A stretch of 64,000 nt of DNA, taken from assembly GCA_044226015.1 (NCBI GenBank), contig JBGAHS010000003.1, forward strand, positions 256,001 through 320,000, written 5' to 3'. The translations under genes and the position numbers were made by a program. Numbering within the stretch: the first letter of the stretch is position 1; each line of letters opens with the position of its first letter. The notes beneath the pieces are model-generated. The model was not told the origin of the DNA. It worked only from the letters and a program-made list of their open reading frames with translations, and did no database searches. This DNA comes from Candidatus Obscuribacteraceae bacterium (GTDB lineage Bacteria; Cyanobacteriota; Vampirovibrionia; Obscuribacterales; Obscuribacteraceae). Positions 48,317-58,539 of this stretch are shown piece by piece.

Positions 48317-48904
48317 ATGTCAGCAAAGAAGATCCTCATGATCGTTGGAGACTTTGTAGAGGACTATGAAACGATGGTTCCCTACCAGATGCTACTTATG
48401 GTGGGGCATTCAGTTGATGTAGTTTGCCCACAAAAGAAAACTGATGAGCGAGTAAAGACTGCGATTCACGATTTCGAGGGAGATCAGACATACACTGAAA
48501 AGCCGGGTCATCTGTTTAAGCTAACTGCCGACTTTGAGAAAATCGATGAAACACAGTATGATGCGCTGGTCTTGCCTGGCGGCAGAGCACCAGAATATTT
48601 GCGCCTGAATCAGCGTGTTTTGGAAATCGTCCATCACTTTTTCAAACATAATAAGCCGGTTGCAGCAATCTGTCATGGTCCCCAAATCCTCGCGGCAGCT
48701 GGCGTACTGGAAGGACGGCAATGCACCGCCTATGTAGCCTGCCAGCCGGAAGTCTTCCGCGCGGGAGCCACCTGGATAGAACCAAGCACAAGCGCAGACA
48801 ACGCCCACATAGATGGCAACCTGGTCACCGCAGTTGCGTGGCCAGGTCATCCACAATGGATGCGCAAGTTCATGAAATTGCTCGGCAGCAAAATCGAAGC
48901 CTGA
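48317..48904 (+). CDS. DJ-1/PfpI family protein
   Basis: [18 protein letters not shown] and AAICHG motifs. Confidence 0.93.
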   Translation: MSAKKILMIVGDFVEDYETMVPYQMLLMVGHSVDVVCPQKKTDERVKTAIHDFEGDQTYTEKPGHLFKLTADFEKIDETQYDALVLPGGRAPEYLRLNQRVLEIVHHFFKHNKPVAAICHGPQILAAAGVLEGRQCTAYVACQPEVFRAGATWIEPSTSADNAHIDGNLVTAVAWPGHPQWMRKFMKLLGSKIEA

Positions 48905-48968
48905 ATTCGTCGTCGAAATTGAAGTTGAAATCGAACTTGAATTTCATTGAACTTAGCGCAGATGAGGT

Positions 48969-50663
48969 TTAGTCTTTCTTCGCTGGTTGCTGAATTAGCG
49001 CAGAATTTTCTCCGTAACGACGTTGATAGAAATCAAGCATTTGCTTGCGCTGATCCGACGACAGCCCATTAATCCATTGATGGTCAGGTGTTGCCAGCTC
49101 GGCTGCAATGAGTTTTTTCAATTCCTCGTCATGATTCTTCTCTGCTATTTCTTTTGCTAATGGCAGGAAGTGGAAATAGAAATTACGAGCAACTTCGAAA
49201 GCACCGTGCCATTGCGTATAATCTGGACCCATCATGCTTGCGCCCATGCGCATGCGTCTTCCTTCATGATGCCAGAGTTCATAGAACTTCCATTCAATAT
49301 CGCTTCCAAAAGGAACTTTGGTATCAATATAGTTATGAGCCTTGATGTAGTTCATGATTTTGGTTGCAGGTTCTGCAAACTTGCCGTTGTACAAGGCAAC
49401 CAGAGCATCGTATTGTGCATAGAAGTTCTTGATGTGAGTCGGTCCGTGGCAAGCACTACAGACTTCCTGCATTCTCTTCCGTTTGTCTTCAGCCGAGAGA
49501 GTTATCTTCTTAACCTCACCAAGTTCATCAAGAACCGCAGAGTGAGAAGTCGTTAGTTTGCTAACGATTGGTCGCAGAGTGTAGCTGATTCTCAACCCAA
49601 CGTCATGGGTAACAGGTTGAGTACGAGTAGCAGACATGTGACATGTAGCGCATGTCGGAGCAGCTGAATAATCCTTACCGACAATCCATGTAGGATGGTC
49701 TAATTTCATGTCAGATAGCCTGTTTCGAAATGCAATGCCGTGCTTGCTTTCGTTATAAATTTCGATCTGTGGATGGTCCGGACCCATGTGACATTTTCCG
49801 CAGTTATCAGGCTGGCGAGACAACGCCTTGCTAAAGTTGTGGCGTCCATGACATGCATTGCAACTACCCATGGTGCCATCGGGGTTTATACGCCCCATTC
49901 CCGAGTTAGGCCAGGTATCTTTGTCAATCGAGATGCCTGCTGTCTCTGGCTTCAACTCTTTGTTTTCAAATGGCTTAAAATCTTCAACAACGATTTTCTT
50001 CATCTCGTCGCGGAGAAGATCTTTCTCAACCATCGGATCTTTTCCAAGCTCTTTCATTTTGTTCAGGGCTTTTGTCGACACGTCTTCCATATCAAGTTTA
50101 AATTCACTGCCATCGGTGAAGTGCTTGGTTATCTTCATACGACTGCCGTGACATTGCTTACAACCAGAAACAGTTGCCTGGTGCCCTTCTACAAACGCTC
50201 CCAGATAATTGTCCAGAGAACCGATAAACAATGAAGCTGTGGCATGGTGGCTGCCCATAAATTCCACAGTTTGTTGGTTGTGACACTTGGCGCAATCGCC
50301 AGGAGTGACGATACTCGATATGTAAGTTCCCTTGTGAAGCCACGAATCAGGATCACTCTTTTCAGCGCCGTGACAATTAGAACAAGTCACTCCCATCTTC
50401 GCATGCTTGGAAGAATGCCATTGCTCTACGGTGCCAGGACTGACTGTTTCAGCGTGACATTTTATACATGCTTCCTGCTTAGGTTCGCCAGATTTCGCTG
50501 GCGTCTTTGATGCAGTTGATTTCGCGCTTACGGCAGGTTTCTTAGCTTGCACTTTAACCGCTAATTTAGTTTTTGCGCTCTTTGAATTTTCTGCAAGGGC
50601 AGAAACAGCGCCAATATAAAATGGCACTAGAGTACAAACCAGAAGTGTCGTTTTGATTTTCAT
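48969..50663 (-). CDS. hao: Octaheme cytochrome c, hydroxylamine oxidoreductase family (probably reductive, epsilon-Hao-like)
   Basis: Eight CxxCH motifs; CGKCHMGPDHPQIEIYNESKHG, APTCATCH and GPDYTQWHG motifs; signal peptide. Confidence 0.85.
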   Translation of the reverse strand: MKIKTTLLVCTLVPFYIGAVSALAENSKSAKTKLAVKVQAKKPAVSAKSTASKTPAKSGEPKQEACIKCHAETVSPGTVEQWHSSKHAKMGVTCSNCHGAEKSDPDSWLHKGTYISSIVTPGDCAKCHNQQTVEFMGSHHATASLFIGSLDNYLGAFVEGHQATVSGCKQCHGSRMKITKHFTDGSEFKLDMEDVSTKALNKMKELGKDPMVEKDLLRDEMKKIVVEDFKPFENKELKPETAGISIDKDTWPNSGMGRINPDGTMGSCNACHGRHNFSKALSRQPDNCGKCHMGPDHPQIEIYNESKHGIAFRNRLSDMKLDHPTWIVGKDYSAAPTCATCHMSATRTQPVTHDVGLRISYTLRPIVSKLTTSHSAVLDELGEVKKITLSAEDKRKRMQEVCSACHGPTHIKNFYAQYDALVALYNGKFAEPATKIMNYIKAHNYIDTKVPFGSDIEWKFYELWHHEGRRMRMGASMMGPDYTQWHGAFEVARNFYFHFLPLAKEIAEKNHDEELKKLIAAELATPDHQWINGLSSDQRKQMLDFYQRRYGENSALIQQPAKKD

Positions 50664-50970
50664 TGCTGGATATCTCCTCGTTTTGAGTATAGAAAGGCAG
50701 AAATCAGCACGTAACTGGTGACAAACTCGACACCAGGCACCCGAAATGGTTAAAAGGCTTGCACAATTTGGCTTAAGCGACGAAGAGGTATTCAGAGGAT
50801 GATTCTTCGGACTCTCAAAAGATCAAAAATAGATCAGCCTTAGGAATCATGTGGACAAATATATATTGTGGTCTAATTATCTAAATTAGCACTCTGAAAT
50901 GAGCGTAAAAGCTTGTACACACGATGTTTCAGGAGTCGGTTCAGCAGGTTTCAAAGAAGGGAGACAGATA

Positions 50971-51291
50971 ATGTCCGGGGCAAAATTCACGAGTTTTATC
51001 GGCTGGGTCTGCACAGTTTGCCTGCTCAGTATTCTCATGTTCAATTCAGCGCAAGCGGACGATAAAGCAGGAGAGAAGCTGTTTAACAATAACTGCGCTT
51101 CCTGCCACCGAGATGGAAAAAACTCGATTGATGCGAAAAAACCCGTGGTGGGTTCAAAGAAATTGGCTAGTAAAGCTGATTTCAAATCGTTCCTCGCAGT
51201 AAAAAATGGAATGATGCCACCATTCAAAGCAATTGCTGACAAAGACGAAGCTCTCACAGCGTTATACAACTACGCCAAAACATTGAAGTAA
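50971..51291 (+). CDS. Monoheme class I cytochrome c (c6-like)
   Basis: Signal peptide, GEKLFNNNCASCH and distal MPPF. Confidence 0.9.
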   Translation: MSGAKFTSFIGWVCTVCLLSILMFNSAQADDKAGEKLFNNNCASCHRDGKNSIDAKKPVVGSKKLASKADFKSFLAVKNGMMPPFKAIADKDEALTALYNYAKTLK

Positions 51292-51327
51292 GCAGAGCCA
51301 GCGTCGCCTCACGTTCAAGGTTCCAGA

Positions 51328-52704
51328 ATGCATGAAGAAAGTAATCAAACAAATCTTTCGCCTCTAAAAAAAGTCATTGATGGTCTTGCCAGCCTTGAGC
51401 TAACAATCATCTCCATTGTTCTTCTTGTACTCTTAGTCCTTGCCGGGGCATGGATTCCACAAGAAAGCACTGTTGACCAGGCTGCTCTGTTGGCGAAATA
51501 TGGAACAGATGGCATGGCGATGTTGAAGAACAGCGGGCTGCTTAACGTCTATGCTTCGACACCATTTTTAGCAGCGGTCGGATTGCTCTTCGTTAACTTG
51601 ATGGCTTGCACAGTAGCCAGAATGGCTCCAAGAATTCGTCGTCGACTGCGACAACAAGACTTTTATGACAGCGAAACGATCGCTTCATTCAAAGAAGTCT
51701 TGAACTCAGACTTGCCGCTATCAACAAGTGAAGCGAGCAGTTTCCTGCATACAAAAATGCGCGACCTGGGTTATCACGTTTGTCAAAGAGACAATCAATT
51801 CATTTTTGAGAAAGGCAGATCTGGCTGGCTTGCAGCGCCAATCACACATCTGGGACTTTTCGTTTTACTTGCAGGTGTAGCGATAACGGCCACTACATCA
51901 TACTCAGGACGTTTCACTCTTATGGAAGGAGAGGCGACAACTCTGAGCGAACATATTGAGAAAAAACCATTGTTTGGAACCATTCCAGAAATAAACATCA
52001 AACTCTTGTCCACGCGACGCGAAGACAACAAAGATGGCTCACCCAAGCAATGGCATAGCAAATTATCTATGACATCGCCTGCGGTGGCAACACCGGCTGA
52101 ACCTGAAATTTCGGTAAATAATCCAAGCACATTTAACAACGTTGATTTTAACCAATCAGATTGGAAAATCGCAGGAGTAAGAGTACTTCTAGCTGACAAT
52201 GACATCAATGTGCCCACAGAAGAAATGGGACACGACAGCATGGGGGTCGTTCCTATCTCGGACAAACTGATGATGGTGCTTGCGCTGAAAGATGCAAACG
52301 CGCCCTTACGTGTTTATTTCAAGCACTCCCAGTCTAATATGCCGAAGCTATTCACCAGCCTGACTAAAGGTGAAACGACCAAAGACTGCCCACTACCAGT
52401 GAAGTATGAGGGCACCATATTGAGTTCAGGAATTCAATTCAAAAGCGATCCTGGACTGCCTGTAACCTATGCCTCCTTTTTCATTCTTATGATTGGCGCA
52501 TTTTTCGTCGCGATGCCAAGCCAACGAATATGGGGCAGCATCAGTGAAACTGCCTGCAACCGTTCTCAAATAAGCATCGGATTTTCCGGCTTGAAAGCGC
52601 TGAACATGATGAAACGTGATTTGAGACAGATTGAGCGCTCAGCGAAAGAGCTAAGCAACACTTCGGAATGCGAACGACTGGAGGTAGGAAGCCTTGACTC
52701 TTGA
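51328..52704 (+). CDS. ccsB: Cytochrome c biogenesis protein Ccs1/ResB
   Basis: LASLEL..IPQ, NLMACT, ITHLG, ISVNNP..Q.DW and K.DPG.P motifs. Confidence 0.9.
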   Translation: MHEESNQTNLSPLKKVIDGLASLELTIISIVLLVLLVLAGAWIPQESTVDQAALLAKYGTDGMAMLKNSGLLNVYASTPFLAAVGLLFVNLMACTVARMAPRIRRRLRQQDFYDSETIASFKEVLNSDLPLSTSEASSFLHTKMRDLGYHVCQRDNQFIFEKGRSGWLAAPITHLGLFVLLAGVAITATTSYSGRFTLMEGEATTLSEHIEKKPLFGTIPEINIKLLSTRREDNKDGSPKQWHSKLSMTSPAVATPAEPEISVNNPSTFNNVDFNQSDWKIAGVRVLLADNDINVPTEEMGHDSMGVVPISDKLMMVLALKDANAPLRVYFKHSQSNMPKLFTSLTKGETTKDCPLPVKYEGTILSSGIQFKSDPGLPVTYASFFILMIGAFFVAMPSQRIWGSISETACNRSQISIGFSGLKALNMMKRDLRQIERSAKELSNTSECERLEVGSLDS

Positions 52705-53686
52705 AGCAACCATTACAAACACAGCCGGCGTGTGTAGCATCACTGCGTTGTGGCTTTTCGTTGCTAATAACGCAATCACTTACAAACGAATTCTCACAGG
52801 CGTTGCAGCAAAAGGGTTCATGATAGTTTGTTTTCTTTGCCTCTCCGCAGCAATAGTGACGAGAGGAATTGAAGCCGCACGCTTTCCGATTGCCAATCTA
52901 TATGAAAGCTTGCTCCTTTTTTGCTGGGGGCTACTTGCCGCTTTTTTCCTTTTTTCCAGAAAAGTCAAACTCCCGCAATTAGGCTGGATAACCGCATTAG
53001 CTGTTAGCACGACATTTCTCTACGCAAGCTGGCTTCCTGCAACACAGCACGATATTCAGCCATTGATGCCTGCACTTTTGAGCTACTGGCGAGCGATCCA
53101 CGTGCCACCACTCATAGTGTCTTACGCTTTCCTTCTATTGGGCGGACTTCTGGCACTTTTGCAACTCTGGACGTCCGGCAAAAAGCGTAGCTGCCTGGGT
53201 GGACTGATAGCTTTAGCCGTGTCTCTATCTTGCGTTGGCATGGGCAGCATTGCAAGCATTTCAGCAGACACAGTCAGACTAATATTCTGGTCAGGAACAA
53301 CTCTGTCATGCGCCTTCATGCTGTTTCAATCTTTTCGCGAAGGAAAGGAAACCGATTCGACAAGTGAGCTTGCTGACACACTGGATGAGCTATCACAAAG
53401 GTGTATAGGTGTCGCATTTCCTTTGCTAACCTTTGGTATCATCACCGGTGCCCTCTGGGCAAACCATGCCTGGGGAACCTATTGGTCGTGGGACCCGAAA
53501 GAATCAATGTCACTTGCAACCTGGCTCAGTTATGCGGCTTATCTTCACTTGCGCGCCCGAGGGAATTGTTCAACTTGTGCCATTTCTACCTGCGCTGTGT
53601 TGGGTTTGCTGATAACCATTTTGACCTATCTTGGCTTTAACTTTCTGGGATTCGGCGGGCTGCACTCCTACGGAAAGCTTAGCTAA
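52694..53686 (+). CDS. ccsA: Cytochrome c biogenesis protein CcsA/ResC
   Basis: WWD motif WANHAWGTYWSWDPKE; NLYES and GLHSYG motifs. Confidence 0.95.
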   Translation: MTLEATITNTAGVCSITALWLFVANNAITYKRILTGVAAKGFMIVCFLCLSAAIVTRGIEAARFPIANLYESLLLFCWGLLAAFFLFSRKVKLPQLGWITALAVSTTFLYASWLPATQHDIQPLMPALLSYWRAIHVPPLIVSYAFLLLGGLLALLQLWTSGKKRSCLGGLIALAVSLSCVGMGSIASISADTVRLIFWSGTTLSCAFMLFQSFREGKETDSTSELADTLDELSQRCIGVAFPLLTFGIITGALWANHAWGTYWSWDPKESMSLATWLSYAAYLHLRARGNCSTCAISTCAVLGLLITILTYLGFNFLGFGGLHSYGKLS

Positions 53687-53941
53687 CGCGGACGCTGCCA
53701 AACCAAAACTAATCAGAACTCCGCAGCGACTCAAACCGGGGAATGACATAGGCATTCCATAAACGTCAAATTCGCGCCCGTTCGCGCTCCGTTCTTAGCC
53801 GCATGGTTTAATCGGCATTGGTTAAGTTTACGGCTTTTCAACGAAATGCTATGGAAGCTTGGCAACCAAATCACTATCATTTAGTGTTTCCCCAACCCAG
53901 GACCTGCTCGGCATTAAATCACGGCCAAGAGCAAGGACAAA

Positions 53942-55369
53942 ATGAAAGAGTTACAGACCATCTTTGCAGAGCATGAGAAGGCGCATTCGCAGGGAACTCC
54001 AGCGGTGTTAACTACTCTGCTGAGGCTCAATGGCTCAGCTTACCGCAGACCCGGTGCACATATGCTGGTACTGGCTGATGGCAAGCATTTCGGCTCGGTC
54101 ATCGGTGCCTGCCTGGAAAGAGATTTGATTGAAAAATGCAAGCATTACTTGGATTCGGATGGCATCGCCGAAATTACTGAGTATGACACAAGCCATGATG
54201 ACGATGAGATACTCGGTTCTGGCAGCGGTTGTACAGGGCGAGTACAAATTCTCATAGAGAAACTCTCCTCTAATGAATTTGAGAATCCATTATTTTTGAT
54301 GCAATCAGAGATTCAACGACTAAAAACCACTGCAATAGCAAAGACTTCTGGAACTTTTTCAGGCGGAACTTCCACACCAACTCAGAACAAAGACTTACGC
54401 AGTGCCTTACTGACTGTAATCTTGAGACAAAAACAAAACGAGAACAAGGTTGTACAAACGATACGTTTCATCATACATACAGACTCGTCAAATGAAGAAG
54501 TGGGAAATCAGCTAAGCTCGTCTACTTGTGGAATCAAGATTTCAGAACTCACAGCAGCTGCGCTGATTGCCAGCGCCGAGCGCCCATTGAATTTGGCACA
54601 AAAAGCAATCGCCCAAAATCGATTTTGCTCGGGACAGATAATTGTTGGTGAACAAATAATTGATCTATTTGCAGAGCCACTAAACGCACCGAAAAGACTG
54701 TTAATTTTCGGTGCTGGCTACGATGCGGAGGCACTAGTTTTGCAGGCAAGCCATCTTGGTTATACGGTAGAAGTTTACGACCACAGGCAAGCGATGACTG
54801 AGGCAACGCGCTTTCCAACGGCTTCTGCAGTTGTTCACTGCAGATATGATGACAAAAACTTTCCGGCGATTGATCAAAACTCTTACTGTATCCTCATGTC
54901 GCACAATTTGCTTATCGACAAAATGGTGCTCAGCTTGCTTCTAGATAGAAGTCCAGCATATATTGGTGTTCTGGGACCAAAGCGAAGAACAGCCAGAATT
55001 CTGAAACAACTCCTGGAAGAACACACAGAAGCCGGTCACAAGCGAGTCATTGCAATGGGCGAGAGCGCGCCCCAAGAAAGCATAAAGGAATCGCACAACG
55101 CTACCAGAAGCTATGCAGAGCAACAGGAATTCATTAGAGAAAAAATCAATAGACTTCATGCACCGATAGGTCTCGACATAGGCGCTGAAACACCCGAGGA
55201 AATCGCACTTTCGATTCTCGCAGAGATACAAGCTTACTCGCAATCGCGTCAAGCTGGATTTTTATCTGATAGCGATGAGCCCATCCATGAGCCTTACAAT
55301 CAATCGCCAGACAGCGAATTCTCCTCAACTACAGAGTCAGGTGCTGAATGCCAGATATCGCAGTTGTGA
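53942..55369 (+). CDS. xdhC: XdhC/CoxI family Moco chaperone
   Basis: GSAYRRPGA, G.CLE, GC.G, LIFGAG, YIGVLGP and APIGLDIGAETPEEIA motifs. Confidence 0.92.
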   Translation: MKELQTIFAEHEKAHSQGTPAVLTTLLRLNGSAYRRPGAHMLVLADGKHFGSVIGACLERDLIEKCKHYLDSDGIAEITEYDTSHDDDEILGSGSGCTGRVQILIEKLSSNEFENPLFLMQSEIQRLKTTAIAKTSGTFSGGTSTPTQNKDLRSALLTVILRQKQNENKVVQTIRFIIHTDSSNEEVGNQLSSSTCGIKISELTAAALIASAERPLNLAQKAIAQNRFCSGQIIVGEQIIDLFAEPLNAPKRLLIFGAGYDAEALVLQASHLGYTVEVYDHRQAMTEATRFPTASAVVHCRYDDKNFPAIDQNSYCILMSHNLLIDKMVLSLLLDRSPAYIGVLGPKRRTARILKQLLEEHTEAGHKRVIAMGESAPQESIKESHNATRSYAEQQEFIREKINRLHAPIGLDIGAETPEEIALSILAEIQAYSQSRQAGFLSDSDEPIHEPYNQSPDSEFSSTTESGAECQISQL

Positions 55370-55950
55370 TTTTAGCTGCGGGAAACTCCTCTCGCCTGGG
55401 TTCACCCAAACAACTAAAAATGTTTAACGGCGAAACCTTGCTTTCACGGATCATAAAAGCCGCCAGCGCATCTTCAGCATCGAAAACTCTGCTTGTGCTG
55501 GGAGCAAACTCCCAATTAATTTCAGAAACGGTCGACCTCGGCAACACTATAGTTTTGCAAAATGACTCGTGGCAAAACGGCATGGGCACCTCGATAAGGT
55601 GCGCTGTTGATGCGCTTGAAGCACGTGGCGCTAACGCTGCCATCTTCGTGTCTTGCGACCAACCATTCATCAACGCAACGGTTCTAAACGAACTCATTGA
55701 AAAATTCAAAATTCACAACACTATCGTGGCAAGCTCATACGCCGAACTTGTAGGTATTCCCGCTTTGTTTCCTGCTGAAGAATTTGAATCATTGAAAGCA
55801 CTTGCTCCTGAAGAAGGGGCAAAAAGAATTCTAAGAGACAAAAGCAAACATATTCAAACAATTGCCTTCGAAGCCGGAAAATACGACATAGACACGGAAA
55901 AAGACTGGGATGAGTTCACTCGACTAGCCGAAATTCATGGAAGCGTTTAG
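55348..55950 (+). CDS. mocA: Molybdenum cofactor cytidylyltransferase
   Basis: LAAGNSSRLGSPKQL, GMGTSI, CDQP and DIDT motifs. Confidence 0.9.
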   Translation: MPDIAVVILAAGNSSRLGSPKQLKMFNGETLLSRIIKAASASSASKTLLVLGANSQLISETVDLGNTIVLQNDSWQNGMGTSIRCAVDALEARGANAAIFVSCDQPFINATVLNELIEKFKIHNTIVASSYAELVGIPALFPAEEFESLKALAPEEGAKRILRDKSKHIQTIAFEAGKYDIDTEKDWDEFTRLAEIHGSV

Positions 55951-55991
55951 CGAATCAAGTAGAATCAAAATTCAATTGCCCTGAGGATTCC

Positions 55992-57347
55992 ATGAAGATT
56001 AGCCTGATTTCAACAGCTCTGTCTCTTTGCATTTTGACTTTTACTAGCTGCATTCCCGTTTTTTCAGAAGCAGCAAAAACCGATGAAGGTAAAAGCGCAA
56101 CATCCGCTCAATCTAAAACAGAATTTGAGCCAGATGAACTTGCAGTGGAAAACAACCAGGCGCTGCAGTCATACAAAAACAAAAATTACAACGAAGCAGA
56201 GACAAGTTTGAAAAAAGTGCTCGACGGTTTAGTCCGCGAGAATGCTGAGCTTAGCAAATCTGAAGTGCTGACAAATCTCAGCATCATCCAGAAAGCGGCT
56301 GGAAAACAGAAGGAATCAGACGCATCAATCGCAGAAGCAAAGGCAATCAGAGCAAAGCTACACATGCCACCACTCAACTCAAATTTCGTTGATATTCTGC
56401 CTACAGCAGCCGTAAGAAGCCAAGCCACAGAAAGAGTGAAGGAAGCAGCTGAGATTCTCGACGGAAAAGATTCCATGTTTCCAGCTGGCAGCATAAAAGA
56501 CATGACAGCAGCGGGATGGAATGCAGCAATGGCTGCTGCTGAGAGCCACAGAAAAGCGAATGATCTTACTGGCGAAATGCATGAGCTGAGAAAAGCAATC
56601 ATGATTGCAAATGCATTGAAGCGCCCGAATGCAAAAGCTGTCGCTTCCATGAATATGCTGGCAGACCTTTACCGTCACATGCAACGACCCTACTCAGCAA
56701 GAATGTTATTTCTAGAATGCGTCGCTGAGCACGAAAAGCTTGGCATGACAGATAGTACTGATTACGCGACACTTCTCGACCATGCGGCACAAACTATGGT
56801 GATGCTGCATGAGGAATCTGAGGCAGAAAAGTTGCTTGAAAAATCGATTGCAATCTACAAGAAACACCTCAGCAATGGCAGTGCAGACGAGGCAATGGCT
56901 TTATGCACTCTAGGTGAGCTTTACGTCAAAACAAAAGACTTAGCAAAAGCAGAAACAAAGCTTTCAGAAGCAGTATCAATGATGAAAAAAACAATGAAGG
57001 AGAACGACCACCGCCTCCTCATTGCAGATGACATGCTTGCAAATCTCTACGTAAAAGAGGGAAAGCTAAAAGAGGCAGAACAACTGCAACGTACTATCCT
57101 TGAGAAAATGGAACGTACATTCAAGAAACCTAGCACGGATTTGATACTCGCTACTACAAATCTCGCCCACACTCTTTCGAAAGAAGAGAAATACAAAGAT
57201 GCGGAGCCTCTGTATAAGCGCTCTATGGAACTGACCAGGGAAGTTTTTGGACCCAGCAGCGTGCGAACCAAAGCAGCCACAAAGGCTTACGCTAACGTTC
57301 TTAACAAGCTCGGAAAAACCGACGAGGCAACAAAGCTTCAAAATTAA
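55992..57347 (+). CDS. Exported tetratricopeptide-repeat protein
   Basis: Signal peptide; ~42-aa TPR-like repeats (NLA..Y...EAE.LY). Confidence 0.88.
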   Translation: MKISLISTALSLCILTFTSCIPVFSEAAKTDEGKSATSAQSKTEFEPDELAVENNQALQSYKNKNYNEAETSLKKVLDGLVRENAELSKSEVLTNLSIIQKAAGKQKESDASIAEAKAIRAKLHMPPLNSNFVDILPTAAVRSQATERVKEAAEILDGKDSMFPAGSIKDMTAAGWNAAMAAAESHRKANDLTGEMHELRKAIMIANALKRPNAKAVASMNMLADLYRHMQRPYSARMLFLECVAEHEKLGMTDSTDYATLLDHAAQTMVMLHEESEAEKLLEKSIAIYKKHLSNGSADEAMALCTLGELYVKTKDLAKAETKLSEAVSMMKKTMKENDHRLLIADDMLANLYVKEGKLKEAEQLQRTILEKMERTFKKPSTDLILATTNLAHTLSKEEKYKDAEPLYKRSMELTREVFGPSSVRTKAATKAYANVLNKLGKTDEATKLQN

Positions 57348-57415
57348 CTAGTGTAAGTTCGATTTGATAATCCAAGCCGCGAGCACCACAGCGATACTGA
57401 AGCACACCAAATGAA

Positions 57416-57439
57416 AACGGGAGCCAGAAAGCTCCCGTT
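57416..57439. terminator. Hairpin between convergent genes
   Basis: AACGGGAGC-cagaaa-GCTCCCGTT. Confidence 0.65.
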
Positions 57440-57462
57440 CCAAATAACCTGATTCGCGACGT

Positions 57463-58248
57463 TTAGGGCCTAAACAAATCGCACTTGATGATTCCGGCTT
57501 TAGCACCCATGTACTTAGCCAGAGTCTTTAATACGCCAATACCGTATTTGCAGCTGTTCCAGAAACTGATGGAGCTTGCTTCAGCGAAATAGCGTGTTTC
57601 AACACCGATTTCAGCAATCTTGAACCCAAAATATGCTGCCTGACACAGAATCTCAGCATCGAAAACAAATGCAAGAGAATTGCGCAAGAACGGAACTGTT
57701 TCCAGGAATCTGCGGCTGTAAGCGCGATAACCTGTGTGGAATTCGGAAAGATTTGTTCCAAGCACAACATTTTGAGTCGTCGTGAGGAAGCGATTAGCAA
57801 CAAATTTGTACATCGGCATACCGCCCTTGAGAGCGCCGCCGCCGAGAAAACGTGAACCCAAAACGATGTCAGCTTCGCCACGAAGAATTGGAGCCACCAT
57901 ATCTGGTATCTTCAATGGGTCGTACTGATAGTCTGGGTGCAACATGATGACCACATCGGCTCCGTCTCTCAGAGCTTCTGCATAGCCGGTCTTCTGGTTG
58001 CCGCCGTACCCAACATTGTGTGGGTGGCGAATTACTTTAATAGGAAGAGAGCTAGCGACCTCGACAGTGTCATCTTTACTGCAGTCATCAACAAGGATGA
58101 TTTCGTTGACGAGATCCTTATCAATTTCCTTCCAGGTCTTAATCAAGGTCTTAGCCGCGTTGTACGCTGGCATGTGAACGATGACTTTGACTGACTTCTT
58201 GGTGTCTTTGGTGGCGCTTTCGCGCTGTGTTGTCGCTTGAGGGCTCAT
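57463..58248 (-). CDS. GT2 glycosyltransferase (DPM1-like)
   Basis: MPAYNAA, VDDCSKD, GYGGNQK, HPDYQY and GSRF motifs. Confidence 0.93.
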   Translation of the reverse strand: MSPQATTQRESATKDTKKSVKVIVHMPAYNAAKTLIKTWKEIDKDLVNEIILVDDCSKDDTVEVASSLPIKVIRHPHNVGYGGNQKTGYAEALRDGADVVIMLHPDYQYDPLKIPDMVAPILRGEADIVLGSRFLGGGALKGGMPMYKFVANRFLTTTQNVVLGTNLSEFHTGYRAYSRRFLETVPFLRNSLAFVFDAEILCQAAYFGFKIAEIGVETRYFAEASSISFWNSCKYGIGVLKTLAKYMGAKAGIIKCDLFRP

Positions 58249-58539
58249 TTAGTAACTCCAATACTTTCAACAAGCTCAATGCAGTAATGACAATGAGTCT
58301 AGAGTAGCTAAGAGATCTTAACCAGAGATATCTTCAGTTGCTAGGAACTTATGCTAATCCGCTAGCACAATTAATGACAACCTGGAGCGATTTTTGCCAG
58401 CTCGAAAACCGCCAAATGATATATCCACCGGGCTTTTAAGCTAGTAAGCCGGTAATTACCAAGAAGATAATATTGCGCTAAGAGTTTCGCCACTAGCTAA
58501 ATGCAAGCTAATCTTTTTCAGCTCGTATAGTATGACGAT

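Noticed and set aside
48969..50663. Evidence for ammonia oxidation or anammox
   Set aside because: No amo, cycA/cycB or hzs genes in the window, and the cross-link Tyr appears to be absent.
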